Below, piece by piece: positions 1 to 13,469 of a DNA stretch of 64,000 nt. The position numbers were made by a program, and so were the translations under genes. Under the pieces are notes generated by a model. That model worked only from the letters and a program-made list of their open reading frames with translations, was not told the DNA's origin and made no database searches. How positions within the stretch are numbered: the first letter of the stretch is position 1; every line of letters starts with the position of its first letter. Source of the DNA: Octopus vulgaris (Eukaryota); NCBI GenBank assembly GCA_951406725.2, contig OX597814.1, forward strand, positions 26,598,001 to 26,662,000, given 5' to 3'.

Positions 1-1669
1 ACACTCACAAACACAGAACAGCTTTTCCATAAGTAGACAAATATTTATAAAAATTTCCCAACTGGATACATTTCATTGCTGAAATTCAGGTACATAATCT
101 GGTGTAGCAAGTGAGAAAGCACATAAACTTTTAGAGTGCAATAATAATAATAACAATAATAATAATTTCTTACATTAATAATAAAGTCATAATAGTTTCT
201 CTTTTCCATTTAAAAAAAAAATTTTTTAAATATCTTGCATATATTTTAGAATTTCTGATGGAGTATTTCTGCTGTGCAGCATACCAGAATCACTTTTATC
301 GCAATTAGTTCTAAATTTACTTAGAAAGCTAAATAAATAAATAAAGATGAAGAAATAAAGTTCTATAAAACAATGTTGAGTAAAGCCTTCATCCCTGAAG
401 TTGCTAATAGCAATGCCACTCGTGTAAGCTTAAAAGAGCAACAGGAGCTATTAAATATATATACTTTCATTTGAAGTAGCAGTAATGGAAGAATATGAGC
501 AAGCTGTAAAATTGGAAATCAATGGTTTACTTTGTCAGACTATTAAACTGCTATGAGCAACAGTTTTATCCACCATATTTCAGTTGGTTGCTGACTAAAT
601 TGTTCCTTTGAACAGTTGACTTGCTTACATTCCATCAGGATCTATTCACGGAAGAAGAAAAAAGAGGTGGGGAATAATGATTCAATGATACACTGTATCT
701 ATGTGGCTGGAATGCAAGATGGTTTTTAGTATAACCTACAATGAAATTAAATACATAGCATCTATACAAACATAAACATATACACATACACACACAAGTG
801 TGCGTGTCTGTGTATACATACGTACATACACACAGACATATATGCATGTGTGTGTATTAGTATGCAGATGTTTGTGTGAATATGTGTATTATAAGTGTGA
901 GTATGCATGTGAAGAAAAATCTCTACCCATCAAAACTAATAAAGGGAGAAGCTCAATTTCATGTTAAAATGGTGAATTGTGAACAGAATTTTTTTACTTT
1001 TCTTAATATAGTTTTTAAATCATTGGAACCTTTTATCTAAGGATGTAGCTTTTTTTTTACATTAAATTTTTTATATTTTTCATTGGTAATGTCTTTGTAC
1101 CACATTAACAAAGTAACTATGGTTGAATCTTACTTCAAAATAGACTGTCTGTTTTCAGTGATCCAGTTCTATAATATGGTGACCTATATTATGCAAAAAT
1201 GCAAACCTCTTCTGGCACGGAACATATATTTCTCTTTATGTAAAGTAATACATTTCAAATGTAAACATTAATAATATTTTCCATTTCATTTTACTCAACT
1301 TACATCTATATTTCATCTCAATCCTTTTTTCATATTTGTTTTTTGGATATTTTATTAAATAATTTTTGAATATTTTATCATTCCATCCACACTTCTTCAG
1401 ATCTATATTAGATCCCTCTTAAATGGTGCATGCTATTTTCTTTTGTTGTGCTGTCTGTGTATTATATCCATGTTTGATTTTTTTTTCTGTCAGACAAAGA
1501 AAGGCAGTATCACAAGTTTTGTTAGCACTCCAGTATTGGTGAAAGTTGTGGGTGATATTCACATCAAACTTTTGTCAAAACATGAACAGAAAGTCAGATC
1601 TAGAGAGTTTCAGTTTGAAGGTAGCACAAATGGATAAACATCTGGAGTGGCATAATATGTTGCAGCATT

Positions 1670-1840
1670 ACCACATGTAAGCTTTGATTGAGCAGCTCTG
1701 TGATGAAAGGCATTCTATCCATACCTGTGCCATTTTTTCCAGGTATTGTGTAACTTAAGCCACATTATTTAATATGGTCTAGTTTGGTTGGGCACCATAT
1801 GAGAAAAATCTATCTGGCTTTTTAACAAGTTCAGTTAAAC
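1670..1840 (-). repeat. Degenerate copy of a ~200-bp dispersed repeat (family E)
   Basis: Reverse complement resembles the copies at 28950-29120, 48700-48865 and 52700-52900 (GGAATGCCTTT..ATCA motif). Confidence 0.45.
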
Positions 1841-1849
1841 ATTTCTCAT

Positions 1850-2520
1850 TAACTTGACTGATACATTATAGAGTGACATCTACAAAACAGAGTTGAGTGC
1901 ATCAGATTGTTTGGGAGAGAGGCTGAATAGAGTTTACTAGTTTATTGGAGCAGAGGTCATTGCAGTAGGATAGAGAAAAGAAACAGTATTTAGGGGATGT
2001 GGTATTGATAGTGTGTTGGTCAGTGAGTACTGATCAGTCTAAGAGGTTTGCTCAGTTAGTAGCAGCAGCAGCGTCTTGCCTAGCATGGGAAAAGTGTTCT
2101 AATGTAAAAATCATATTTTCTTAAGAAGCCCAGTAGTGTTCGTGGTGGTGGTCACCATAAAAGATCTTAGAACATTATGTGACCCAAAATTTTATTTTGA
2201 CTTTTGGGAATTTAATTCTTTTGTCTGTATGCATGTGAAGTGTAGTGCAACACTTTCCTTGATATGTTTGGCAATTGTACTTTTGTATTTTCAAAAATGA
2301 CCAAGTTGTCATGTCATTGTTTAAGGATGCTTGCAAGGTTTCTGGTCATGAAAGTAATGCACTGTACATAACATTTGAATATGAAATGTAAAGGAGCAAT
2401 GAAAGGTGGTATCATCTGCATAGGAATTTGTATTGTTACAAGCAGTATCAAATAGATCATTAATGTGCCAAAGCAAAAGTACGAGACAAATCCTTGAGAC
2501 AGACCAGTATGTCATTATCT
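1850..2520 (-). mobile_element. Decayed CR1/Jockey-group LINE reverse transcriptase fragment
   Basis: ORF 2321-2515 contains HINDL...NSYADDTTFH (the RT YADD motif). A downstream frame gives YCNDLCSNKLVNSIQPL, resembling the post-RT region of these LINEs. Multiple frameshifts. Confidence 0.7.
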
Positions 2521-4495
2521 ATTGAGAGAATGACAAAAATTTAACTAAACTCTATTTCTGAAACAATTATAATTGTAATTGTATATAAATGAAGGTCAGA
2601 TAGATTTTCAGAATTATAATTTTAATTCATACCACACATCAGATACCTTCTTCCAAATTGCACTGAAAAGAGTCTTGTCATAAGATTTCCAGAATTTCAA
2701 GAAAAATATGCCATAGAAAATTCACTTTACCCTATTCTAAACTGAATCTTCAGATTTTAAGCAATTTCTTTGATAAACATTGTTTCATTTAGTTAAAATA
2801 GATGATAGGTTTCAGCAACTAATCATGTTCAAAACTAACTTTACTTGTGTTTAGCTTATATTATTTTTATTTATTTATTTATTTTTGTTTTTGTCTTTTA
2901 ACTATTCAGAAATACGAATATGTAATATTCTTTTCAAATCCACTTCTGGAATAATAGGTTAATTCTTCCTCTCATCACATTCACCAGTTTTGTTACGTTT
3001 TTTGTTCATTTGTTTGTTTTGTTCTGTTTTTAATTGTACTATGTTGAATTCCACTAAAATGCTGCTTCCAACTATACTTCTCAAGTCTATTAAGAGTCTT
3101 TATTATTCAAAGAATTATTTCCTGTATTATTTCATATATCTTGGAAAGAATTCAGTTTGAAACAATGTTTACTCAAAAAAATTAACAGTAACCAATAAAC
3201 ATAAACAGTAAAGATAGTGAATGATTCACTAAAATATTTCTGTATTTATCAGTTTTCTATTTAGATAATATTTTTCTGTATATCCTATAAAAAAAATGTA
3301 ATAATAGATAATAAGTTTCATTTACCCAGACAGGAATTTAATATCCTATTCTGGAAAAAAAGCATATTTTAATAATGTGAAACCCACTCTGTATATGGTA
3401 TTTCATAAGACAAGCTTTCTATGAAAAACTGGAAGATAAAATAATAATGTTGGATGCTTGAAGGTAATCTCTCAAGTTGAGCCATCTGTATTTTATAGGG
3501 AAAAATGCATCTTCAACTCTGACAACTAATTCTAGCTAGAGGTATTTTACATTACAAATTAAATATGTAATACCTAAGTTGACTGTTTCTCTGTATGAAA
3601 TCAAATTATTCCTGCAAATATAACGAAAAGTAGGAAAGATTTTTCGGAAGCCTATGAAACTCTAATTCTGTTTTATAAATTTTATTTATTTATTTGTTGA
3701 TTTATTTAATAATCTCCATAAATAGAAATAAAAACAAAAATATCTGAAACAAAAAATAAATAAAAGTATGTTGAAATTATTCAATTAGTTTAGAATAATT
3801 TAATTTTTTTATTCTACATTTTCTTTATAAGATCTTCCAGATCTTAAGGTGTTTGAAGGCTTTAGGTAAAGAATTCAAGAGATATGAACCATTAGGATCT
3901 CAGAATATTTCAAATGCTAGTTATGAAGTGGGTCTGATTTATTGAGTGTGTATGTTAGATGAAATGAAATACAGCAATGTAAATGAGGGAAAGGTTTAGG
4001 TGAAAATTTCAAAGAATGTAATATAAAATTTTGGAGAAAAATGAATTTGAAGTAAATGAATAAATTTTGGTAAGATGTTAAGATTTAAATGAGTGAATTT
4101 CTTTAGATTTGAAAAGGGTAAATTTTGATAGAATTTTAGATAAGGTATTTAAATTGAATAAAATGCTATGAATTAAACTATGTAAAATGAAGTAAAAACA
4201 AAAACAAGAAAAACTGTTGGTTTTATCATTTGTTTTGCTTGATTTGTTACTATTTCATGAGGTTTTTTGGGGGGAGAAGCCTAAAAGAGTGACTCATTTC
4301 TATAATCCTTGTTGATAATCTATAAAATCTGTACATGTCACATAATTCCTATTGTTGGAATAACAGGCCATGAGGTTAAGTTAAAGACTTAAGTACTAGA
4401 AACATTCTGGGTTTGTATAACTCCTTACCATTCTCTCATACCAATTCCAAATTTATGATTCATATCAGTAGAAATGACAGGCATGAAAAAGAAAG

Positions 4496-4496
<1 letters not shown>

Positions 4497-4585
<89 letters not shown>

Positions 4586-4608
4586 GTAATAATAATAACA
4601 ATAATAAT
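4497..4608 (+). repeat. (AAT)n microsatellite
   Basis: About 110 bp of AAT units with few interruptions; source of the poly-N and poly-L ORFs. Confidence 0.97.
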
Positions 4609-4812
4609 TCTTTCTGCTGGAAGCACAAGGCCTCAAATTTGGGGGAAGGGATTAAGTCAATTACTTCGACCCCAGCGCATAACTGGTACTTATTAAATTG
4701 ACCATGAAAAGCAAAGTTGACCTCAGTGGAATTTGAACTCAGCTTGTAGTGGCAGATGAAATACAGCTAAACATTTTGCCCAGCATGCTAATGATTGTAC
4801 TAGCTCGCCACC

Positions 4813-4813
<1 letters not shown>
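4609..4813 (-). mobile_element. tRNA-derived SINE, family A (Meta-domain-like)
   Basis: Aligns by eye with 12545-12752 and 49795-50014. The minus strand has a GGCGAGCT head and a GAGTTCAAATTCC box-B motif. Confidence 0.88.

Positions 4814-4889
<76 letters not shown>
4813..4889. repeat. (TTA)13(TAA)12 spacerless palindrome
   Basis: TTA units at 4813-4851 are directly followed by TAA units at 4852-4887. Confidence 0.95.
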
Positions 4890-5084
4890 GGAAAGAAGAA
4901 GAACTGAATATATATATACCAGTTTATTATTTTCAAATTTGTATTTCTGATCTTATCTACCTCAATCAATTAAAAAGTAGCTGTGCAATATCGATATTTT
5001 GATTATTTTTTAAAATTAATATTTAATTGATATCCTTCTGAAAATATAATTATACATGACTTCACACAGATTCTACTTGAGGAT

Positions 5085-5185
5085 TAAGTTAAGTATATAT
5101 GTGTCTCAGGAATACTCAGCCACTTACACAGAAATTTGGTGAGATAGTTGTTCATTTGATTGAACAACAAAATTTCATGGTCAGA
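5085..5185 (+). repeat. Dispersed repeat family F fragment
   Basis: GGAATACTCAGCCACTT...GTTGATT motif shared with 47520-47600 and 51470-51650, and reversed at 8215-8345. Confidence 0.5.
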
Positions 5186-5769
5186 AATTCTAACTGCGAT
5201 CCATCCATTTTATTTGATTGGTACTTATCAACTCCAGAACGATGGAAAACAAAGACATCCTCAAAGCAATTTGTCCAATATGGCATCAGTTCTGCTAATT
5301 CCTATATCTAAAAACAAAATAATATACAAGAAATATATAGAAAAGAGAAATTCCTGTTATTCAACACATAAATTTTGGATTACAAGAATTCTTTGATTGC
5401 TTTTTATTAGTTGTTCAAAAAGAACAAACCTTTTCATTGTTTATATCATCAGCCATGTTTGGTAATGGCATCATCATCTTCATCACCATCATCCTGCCAT
5501 CATCACCACATCGTTACCATCATCATCATCATCATCACTAATGCTGCTTACAATACATTTACCAGTTTATATATAAACTTTGATGCATCTTTGTTCTTAA
5601 GCCCAAATTTCGTGAGGAAGATTTTGGATATGAGTGCATTTGTATGCATTTTGTATGCATGTTACTAACTTCTGAACTACTCAAATCCTATATGTTAATC
5701 CAAATACTTGTATCTATGCTTATTATTAAAGCTGTCTATTGAAATCTCTTTCTCTCTGTCTCTATTTCT

Positions 5770-5845
5770 GTGCATATACATATATATACATACATACATG
5801 CATACATATACACATACATGCATACATATACACATACATGCATAC

Positions 5846-5885
<40 letters not shown>

Positions 5886-6015
5886 GTATCTACCTATTTA
5901 TTTCTCTCTCTCTCTCTATCTGTATATATATTTATGTGTGTATGTATATATATATGGAATATATGGACATACATATATGCATATATATGTATACATACAT
6001 ATATATAAATGTATA

Positions 6016-6060
<45 letters not shown>
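5770..6060. repeat. Compound (TA)/(CA)/(TC) microsatellite tract
   Basis: Seen directly; explains the overlapping Y/I/H/C-rich ORFs. Confidence 0.95.
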
Positions 6061-6063
<3 letters not shown>

Positions 6064-7367
6064 GATTTAGATAGAGCACATGACTTTTTATGTGAACATG
6101 AGTGTGAGGGGAAAGACTGTTTGTCACTGCCTCTGTTTGTGTGTGTGTATGTTATGACATCCATTTAGATATTTAGATATTTCACTTAATTTGAGTGTTT
6201 TCAGGGATTTCTTCATCTCTCAGTCAGAAGAATAGAAACTTGTTTCTGTAAGTAAAAGTTAATCCAGGATCAACCTCTCACAGCACAACAAGTACTTTTT
6301 ATGCAGATCAGCTATGCACTTAAATAGACAGTCTCTCCATCTAGCTTGTCAATATATGGAAGCCATCTGGCTGGAATGATAACCTGAACATTGTACATTG
6401 AAAGCTCATCACTTTAATTCTACCAACCACAAAAGCTATATTGTTTAACCTGGCTAAACAGACAAAATGTATTATTACTTTATTTAATTCAAATATCGAT
6501 AAGATCAACATATTTGATGCTAAGTGTGGAAACTAATTTTAATAAGCTTAATTCAATAATTCATTTTAATTCACTTTATTAATTTTGCTGTTATTTTGAT
6601 TCACTAAATCTATTAATATGTATTTGTTCTTATATACATGTGTGTGTGTGTGTGTGTGTAGGTAATCCATTCAGGAATGTATTATTTCTGCATACATGAT
6701 TGAGAGAGAGAGAGAGAGTGTGTGTGTGTTTTCCTGAATTCTATATCTGATTGTTGCTTGCAATTGGAAATAAATAGTGATACATAACAATGAGGAAATA
6801 TATTCATTTCTGTATTTCCTGGAAGAGATGTACTTTATTTCAGTATTCTAAATCGAGGCAAGGAGAGAAAGAGAGAGGATTTATTGATTTAACTTAGAGA
6901 CAATCTACGTAGATACTCTTATGTCTTGTTATGAATTCCTCAGGGAACAAATACCAATCTAAACCTGAAAATTATTTGAAAATCCTATTCTTGTACTTTA
7001 GCCTCTTTAACACTTTTATTTATAGCTATAAATTGCAATCAATGTGTCAAACCCTTTCAGTCACTCTTCAGTACCTCTTCACTATGACTCATTCTTGTGA
7101 GTTGTTGCTGTGGCAAAGTTGATAAAGTATTGACCACCCATTTGAAGAGTCACAGGTTTATTTTTACCATTGATACCCACCAATATTGTGCCTTTGGCAA
7201 GATACTGCATATTTCTTTACCCTCTTGCATAGTAGTACAGCAGGTAAAGAATTAGTTAGTTGACTCAATAGTGAAGTGTATTCGCTATTCCAGTATAATC
7301 ACTGGAAATTATAAGTGAAGAATCATCAAAATTAGTGATTTCCTGTATAATTGAATGCATATGTCTG

Positions 7368-7371
7368 TATA

Positions 7372-7450
<79 letters not shown>
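7368..7450. repeat. Long (TA)n microsatellite
   Basis: Near-perfect TA run of about 70-80 bp. Confidence 0.97.
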
Positions 7451-7453
<3 letters not shown>

Positions 7454-8394
7454 TTATGTATATATATACATTTATGTATGTATGTATGTATATTCTTCAA
7501 GCTTTATGTTTTAATTCTTGATCCATAGAGAAAGAACATGAATGTAAATACATATGTATATATGAATGTATGCAATCATGCATGCATATAAGTTATTGAG
7601 GTTCTATATATTATATATTTATTCATTTAAAAAATGTTCACTAATAAACAAATAATTGGTCTCCAACCTATAAACAAGGTTCTTTCATTAGAATTTAGAC
7701 AGCACATTTCTTAAAGTCTCATATAAGTATGTATCTCTACATGTATGCATGTGTTTACATGTATGTTACTGTACATGTATGAATCTGTATGTTTGACTGA
7801 TATATGTGTACATATGCATATTTTTGAATGCCTATACATGTGTATATGTGTGCACAACAGGTTAAACTTCTAGAATGTATGTATATATGAATGGTTGAAT
7901 GACAGATATTTGGATTGAATGAAATATCATAATCAAACAACAATGAACACCTATAGATGTGTATAAGCATTTATCATACATGAAGAAGATACAAGCTAAC
8001 ACAAAGAAATTTACAAAGAACAGAAAAGATTTTAAAGGCTATATATCAGCATTGTAAACAGGATAAAAAATATTAAATAATAAGAAATTGCTTTTTTATT
8101 TACTTTATGCATTCAGCATTTTATTGGTACTAGTTATACTTAGTGGCCAGTGGAGATAAAACTGAAATCACATGATTAAAAACATAAATAACATTAGTTG
8201 GCAGATTTCTCTGGAGGACATTGGTCATTCAGCAGTTGGATCAACAATATTTCTACTCCTGAAATTTACATGTAAGTGGCTGAGTTTTTCACAGACCTAT
8301 CAGTAATGCAATTCTCAGGTTAAATCAGCATGACACAATATGACTAGGCTGGACTTTTGAATGATAGGTACAATCCAAAGAGACAAGAGAGAGA

Positions 8395-8540
8395 GAAAGA
8401 AGATTTGACCCCAGTATTGGATGGATATCCCAACAGGCTGAAAGGCATACTTGACCTCTGATGAATTGGAGTGCAGAGAACCAGAACAAATACTACAAGA
8501 TATATTAGCTGATACTCTAATGAATCTGCCAATTTACTGT
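8395..8540 (-). mobile_element. Degenerate SINE family A copy
   Basis: GACCCCAGT...TGAAAGGCA..TTGACCTC...GAATT motifs in the same order as in the intact copies. Confidence 0.6.
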
Positions 8541-9689
8541 GTAATAATAATATTTAATGCTAAATAACACTTAATGACCCTATGACAAATATTGCTCAAT
8601 TATGAAACACTGATTGATTCTCATTGAGCTGCCTTTCTGTTGAAGAACTACTTAGATCTTCCAAAATTCCTCTTGTTGCTGTATGGTGCATCATACTATC
8701 TCTGATCAGAACATTTCAGCAAACTCAATGCAACAATTTGTTCATGTGCAGAATTTAACTGTAACATCTCTTTTTAAGATACAGGCTGCCAACAAACAAA
8801 ACTACCAGTGAAGTTTGATAGCTTTGACCTCCACTCTATATCCAGAATTGTTCCCATCTATGGATCCAAAGTTCAAGATGACATGAGTTGTCTAGGTTTA
8901 ATACGACTTTAATGTTCTTCAGAATGAAACCACTCAGTATGAATGGAACTAGCATTAGGGTATTCAGTATACTATATCAGCCCAAGAATGTGCTTCCTCT
9001 CTTCTTCTAGCCCTATAATTTTCCTCTCTCCTCTCCAAGCTACAATATCTGCCTTTTTTTTTCAGTCATTATCCTTTTTACACCAGTTGAAAAGTGCAGT
9101 TGAAATATTTTAGTTAACTCATAGAGAAGAAATCTGTAATTTTATTGTTATTTGGCAAATTCAAAAAGTTTCATGTCAAATCATATGAGAGGTCATAACA
9201 CCACATGACCCACTTATTTCCATATCTGTCCTCCATCCTTATCCCCCACCCTTCCATATTCCAGGACTGATCTCACTAACTCACTTTATTATTAAGATTT
9301 CATATTTTTAATTGGATTAAGAAATTTTGTTCAGATTTTAGCACTATGGCTGATTGCCTAGTTTGCTTAATGAATAGCACTAGTCCCAACTGAAATACTA
9401 TCAAATGTTGTTCCACCAGCATGGAATCCAGTCACCCCTTTATCAAGCCATCTTACTTGTCCCTAGACTGTTTCACATCTAAACAGTGACGTTTTGCTCA
9501 TCATAACTCCTTGCTTGATCATAAACCTGTATGCACACACATTATTGTTACCTGTCATTTTAGTTTCCACATGTGTGATCAATATAAACGCCATTATAAA
9601 GCTACTGGGAATGGCTTTAGATTGCACCTATTCTTTTGTTGTTACTGTACAGGATGTTTCTTTTGCTATGCTACAGTGAATGAATTTAT

Positions 9690-10060
9690 TTAAAGAGGCC
9701 TCAACAATTTTGGTTTATGTCACATCTGAAGCTTGTTGGCATTAACCATAGCAAAGGCGAATGTGATAACTATTTTCCTATTCACGAAAGACAAGTCAGT
9801 CAGTTGAAACACCTCATATTGTTATATATCTTCTGGTACATCCTCTTGTCACCCAGGAGCTCTTCACCTGCAACATACAAGAGAAGTTGTTTAGGTTTGA
9901 GTCATTGAGAGACAGAGTAGTTTACATGCCAATCACCACTGAGACCTTCAGTATCCTTGAACCACTGACTACCACTCTCCTCTATCAAATTGAAATGAAA
10001 GTGTTGTGCCAGAGGAATTAGGATGAAGGCGTTGGGCCCATGATGTTGAGTAGTTGATGC
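9690..10060 (-). mobile_element. Possible highly decayed RTE-type LINE C-terminal fragment
   Basis: Minus-strand frames give ...WHV...KPKQLL, resembling the W.GHV.R...PKQLL region of RTE ORFs; heavily frameshifted. Confidence 0.3.
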
Positions 10061-12384
10061 AGAAGTTAATACTGGTTGTTCTTTATGGCAATGCTTTTAC
10101 TGTACTATCCTCAGTGCTTAGGTGAGATAAATTATTCAACAGAAAATGAATTTATTTTTTCTTGTGAATATTATGAATTATTATGTCATTAACACCAACA
10201 GGGCTGAAAGGCAAACTGATTTGAAGAATTTTGAACACCCAGCAGTGGATGCAGCAGAACTGGGCAGCACATTGCATTCAGAGTGCCTCTTTAATGTTTC
10301 AATAACAAAAATAAAAGCCCATCCATCACCATGAAATGGTTTTCATTTTAAACTAACAGAAATTTCATGTAAAACTTGTAGAATATTCATTTTTTTAAAC
10401 TATTTTTCACTTTCTAAAATTTATTTTTGATTTTACATTTAACTTTCAAGAAAATTTTTAGAATCCTTATTCATTTTTTAGGAGATGACTTCATTTTATT
10501 ATCTAATAATTATCCTTCATTCAGTTGCCTTCATTTTAGTTATTGTTTCTATTCATGATACTATTGCATACTGTTACAATGACGTGCAGAAAGTTTTTGT
10601 TTTTTATATTAATATTTTTTCTGTTATTCAGCTTGATGAAAATCACATTGCCCTAAGTCTGTTGGACATTCTCTTAGATTAGGAAGGAAGGGATATGACT
10701 TCATATTCCTTCCTTTCTGATCAGTTGCTAACTTGAACAAGAGCTGAAAAGTAAAGTTCAAATAGACCTGTGTTACAAAATTAACAACCTTATGTAAAAC
10801 ATGTCAAAATTTCCATGATAGTCCAAAATTACAATGAAATGTGGATCATTTCCTTACATTTTTAAAAGATAGCAATGAAAAATAGCAGGAGCAAAATATT
10901 GTTTATAGAAGTAAAAGAAAAATAATGCATTTTTCAAAGATCTTTAACTATCTTATACTTTATCATGAAGCTATCAATGGCATCTACTTTTCTGAATTTT
11001 GATATGCTCTACTTGCATTTCTCTCTGTAAATCCCATACAAAGCATTGTTTTTTGTTTTGCTTCAGATCCATGGACAGATTTAAGATTACCACTGCAAGC
11101 TTGTAAAACACTAATTTTACTTTAATCCTCCTTATCTTTCTTTTTTTCATAGATATATATGTGCTACTAGTAATATGATATGAAGCATTATCCATCAATC
11201 TTGCCTGGCCTCTCACAGGTTTGGCTAAATATTAGTCTCACAGGAAAATGCAAGCTATCACATTTTCTTCAGGACAATTGTGAAAAGAGTAAATTAACTC
11301 TTGAGTGCTTGTATTATTATTAGTATTAGTTTAATGTTTTGCTTTTAATATTGATCAGTTCGCTCTTTTTTTCATTGCAATTTCATCTAAGTGACATGCT
11401 TTTTAATACTTCTGCACTAATTAGAATTTAATACCTCCCTTGAAAAACATTTTTAAGACCAATTTCTGTCAGGCCTTATTACAATTGTTACAATGGGCTG
11501 ATAAGTTAGAATTAACTAATTGAAGTAAGATGAAATTTCTCTCGAAATGGCAAACGTAGTTTGACTGGTTTTCACTTAAATTAGATTAACACAGTTAATT
11601 TGTTTCTTAGTTTTATATTTAGAACATTTGACAGAAACAAATACTTTAAAAAAAAAGAAATTATTACTTTTCTTCAGCAAAAGGAAAATATAAATATGCT
11701 TCCATAATTATTTGAAAAGATAAAACAAACTACTAATATAATTTTTGTATATATATATATATATTTGATAATTTATACAGATTCCTCTACATAATATTTT
11801 TCTGAATAAAACTAATTTCACAATTTCCAATATGTTTATTTGATTAAATAAATTTGCAAAAATTGTTCTTACTTTCCTGAAAAATTGAATTTCAAATTGA
11901 AAATTACATAAGGATTAGTAAATTAGGACACTATGTCATATGATTAGTTAGTCATAAAAATATTTGTGTATATATGAATACATTTAAGTTTGTGCATGTG
12001 TGTATGTATAAATGTGTGTGTGTATATATATATATATGTGTGTGTATGTATGTTAATGTATATATATGTGTGTGTGTGTGAGTGTGTGCATATATCTAAT
12101 ACAGATAACTAGCTTAATAGCTAGATAGATTGGTATATTATTGTTGCTCTAAACAAAAAGTTATAGAATTATATAAAAACAGCATTTAAGGTAAATGATA
12201 AAAATATACATAAATATCTACAGACTGTCTATATGTGTGTGCCACTCATGTGTGCACTGCTCATGCAAATTCACTGCTCATACAAACGTTGTAATTTCAT
12301 TGAAATCTTCCATGAAAATGTCTGGCTATTGATCTGTTCATATTTTAAGGACTAGAAAAACATGTTACAGTGCTAAGAAAGTAC

Positions 12385-12490
12385 TGAGGGTTGGTGACAT
12401 GAAAACGTATCCGACCATAGAAAACCTACCTCAACAAGTTTTGCCTGGTCCTTACAAGTATGAAAAAATGGGAATTAAGATGATGATGAT
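12385..12490 (+). mobile_element. Degenerate family B (RTE-tail) repeat
   Basis: GGTTGGTG...ATCC..C..TAGAAA...TTAAGATGATGATGA matches the 3' end of 26774-27065. Confidence 0.55.
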
Positions 12491-12544
12491 ATATGTATAG
12501 CTCTACATTTGTTTGCACACACACACACACATATATATTTTTTT

Positions 12545-12752
12545 TCTTTACTACCCACAAGGGGCTAAACACAGAGGGGACAAATGATTTTAGTCGATTA
12601 TATCGACCCCAGTGCGTAACTAGTACTTATTTAATCGACCCCGAAAGGATGAAAGGCAAAGTCGACCTCGGCGGAATTTGAACTCAGAACGTAACCGCAG
12701 GGAAATACTGCTAAGCATTTCGCCCGGCGTGCTAACGATTCTACCAGCTCGC
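12545..12752 (-). mobile_element. Young tRNA-derived SINE, family A (Meta-domain-like)
   Basis: CpG-rich copy. The minus strand reads GCGAGCTGGTAGAATCGTTAGC (box A)...GAGTTCAAATTCC (box B)...GCCTTTCATCCTTTCGGGGTCGATTAAATAAGTAC (Meta-like core). Inserted in a TA/CA tract. Confidence 0.92.
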
Positions 12753-12826
12753 ATATATATATACACACATATGTATGCCTATACATATTAATCTATGCAT
12801 GTATATATGTATGTATATACATATAT

Positions 12827-13020
12827 CATTGTCATCATCATCAGAATTTAACATTCGAGTTTCATGTTAGCATGGATTGGACAGTTTGACAGGATCCAAA
12901 GTGTTCAAGGACTGCATTGTACTCTAATGTCTACTTTGACATGGTTACAGTTGGATGCTTTTCCTAACCACCCCTTTACAGTGTGGACCTTGTGCTTTTG
13001 TGATGCCACCTGCAATATCG
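12827..13020 (-). mobile_element. Family B repeat (RTE LINE 3' tail)
   Basis: CATCATCA..TTTAACATT....TTCATGTTAGCATGGATTGGACAG...GGATGCTTTTCCTAAC, the reverse complement of the 26774-27065 tail. Confidence 0.8.
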
Positions 13021-13465
13021 AAGTTACCATGTAGCTCACAAGAGTATGAGCTATGTTGGGAGGGAGAGCAGATTCTTGCAGAGGATCTGCATGGCTACTC
13101 ACATTTTGAAGGGGAAGGAGAGAGAGGTAAAGAGAAAAGGAAATATAGAAACTGCAAGTCATAGATAGTGGTGATGAGGTGCCTAAGTGATCCTACAATG
13201 CACAAGGTGAGTAGAAATGGTGAGTAAGCAGTTTGCAAGGTTGTATGGGAAGGAGAATAAGGATATGGAGAAACAGACTGCCAAAATAGGTAGGGTTCAG
13301 AGATGAGCAAACACCATGAGTTGGGGAAGATAGTGATGGAATAGGGACGAGTGACAGGAGTAATAAAGATGTTATAATTGTCAAGGGGAGGACAAAAAAA
13401 GACAGGTGACATGGTTGGGTAGTCTGCAAGAGTATAGTGGGAGAGAAGCAGGCCTAATGTATGTG
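13020..13465 (-). mobile_element. Possible Penelope-like RT fragment nested within an RTE copy
   Basis: Minus strand has GA-GTA-GCC-ATG ((G)VAM) followed by PNIAHTLVSYM, resembling the G.AMG...P..ANLFVGYME motif of PLE reverse transcriptases; frameshifted. Confidence 0.35.
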
Positions 13466-13469
13466 ATAC

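Noticed and set aside
639-680. Plus-strand peptide DLFTEEEKRGG, reminiscent of SLC24/NCKX N-terminal sequence
   Set aside because: Stops follow immediately, and no other exon of such a gene is visible; treated as chance similarity.
4425-4969. Poly-L, poly-N and poly-I ORFs
   Set aside because: (AAT)n/(TTA)n microsatellites flanking a SINE.
12493-12681. ORF ending IDPERMKGKVDLGGI
   Set aside because: Antisense translation of the SINE family A core, not a protein.
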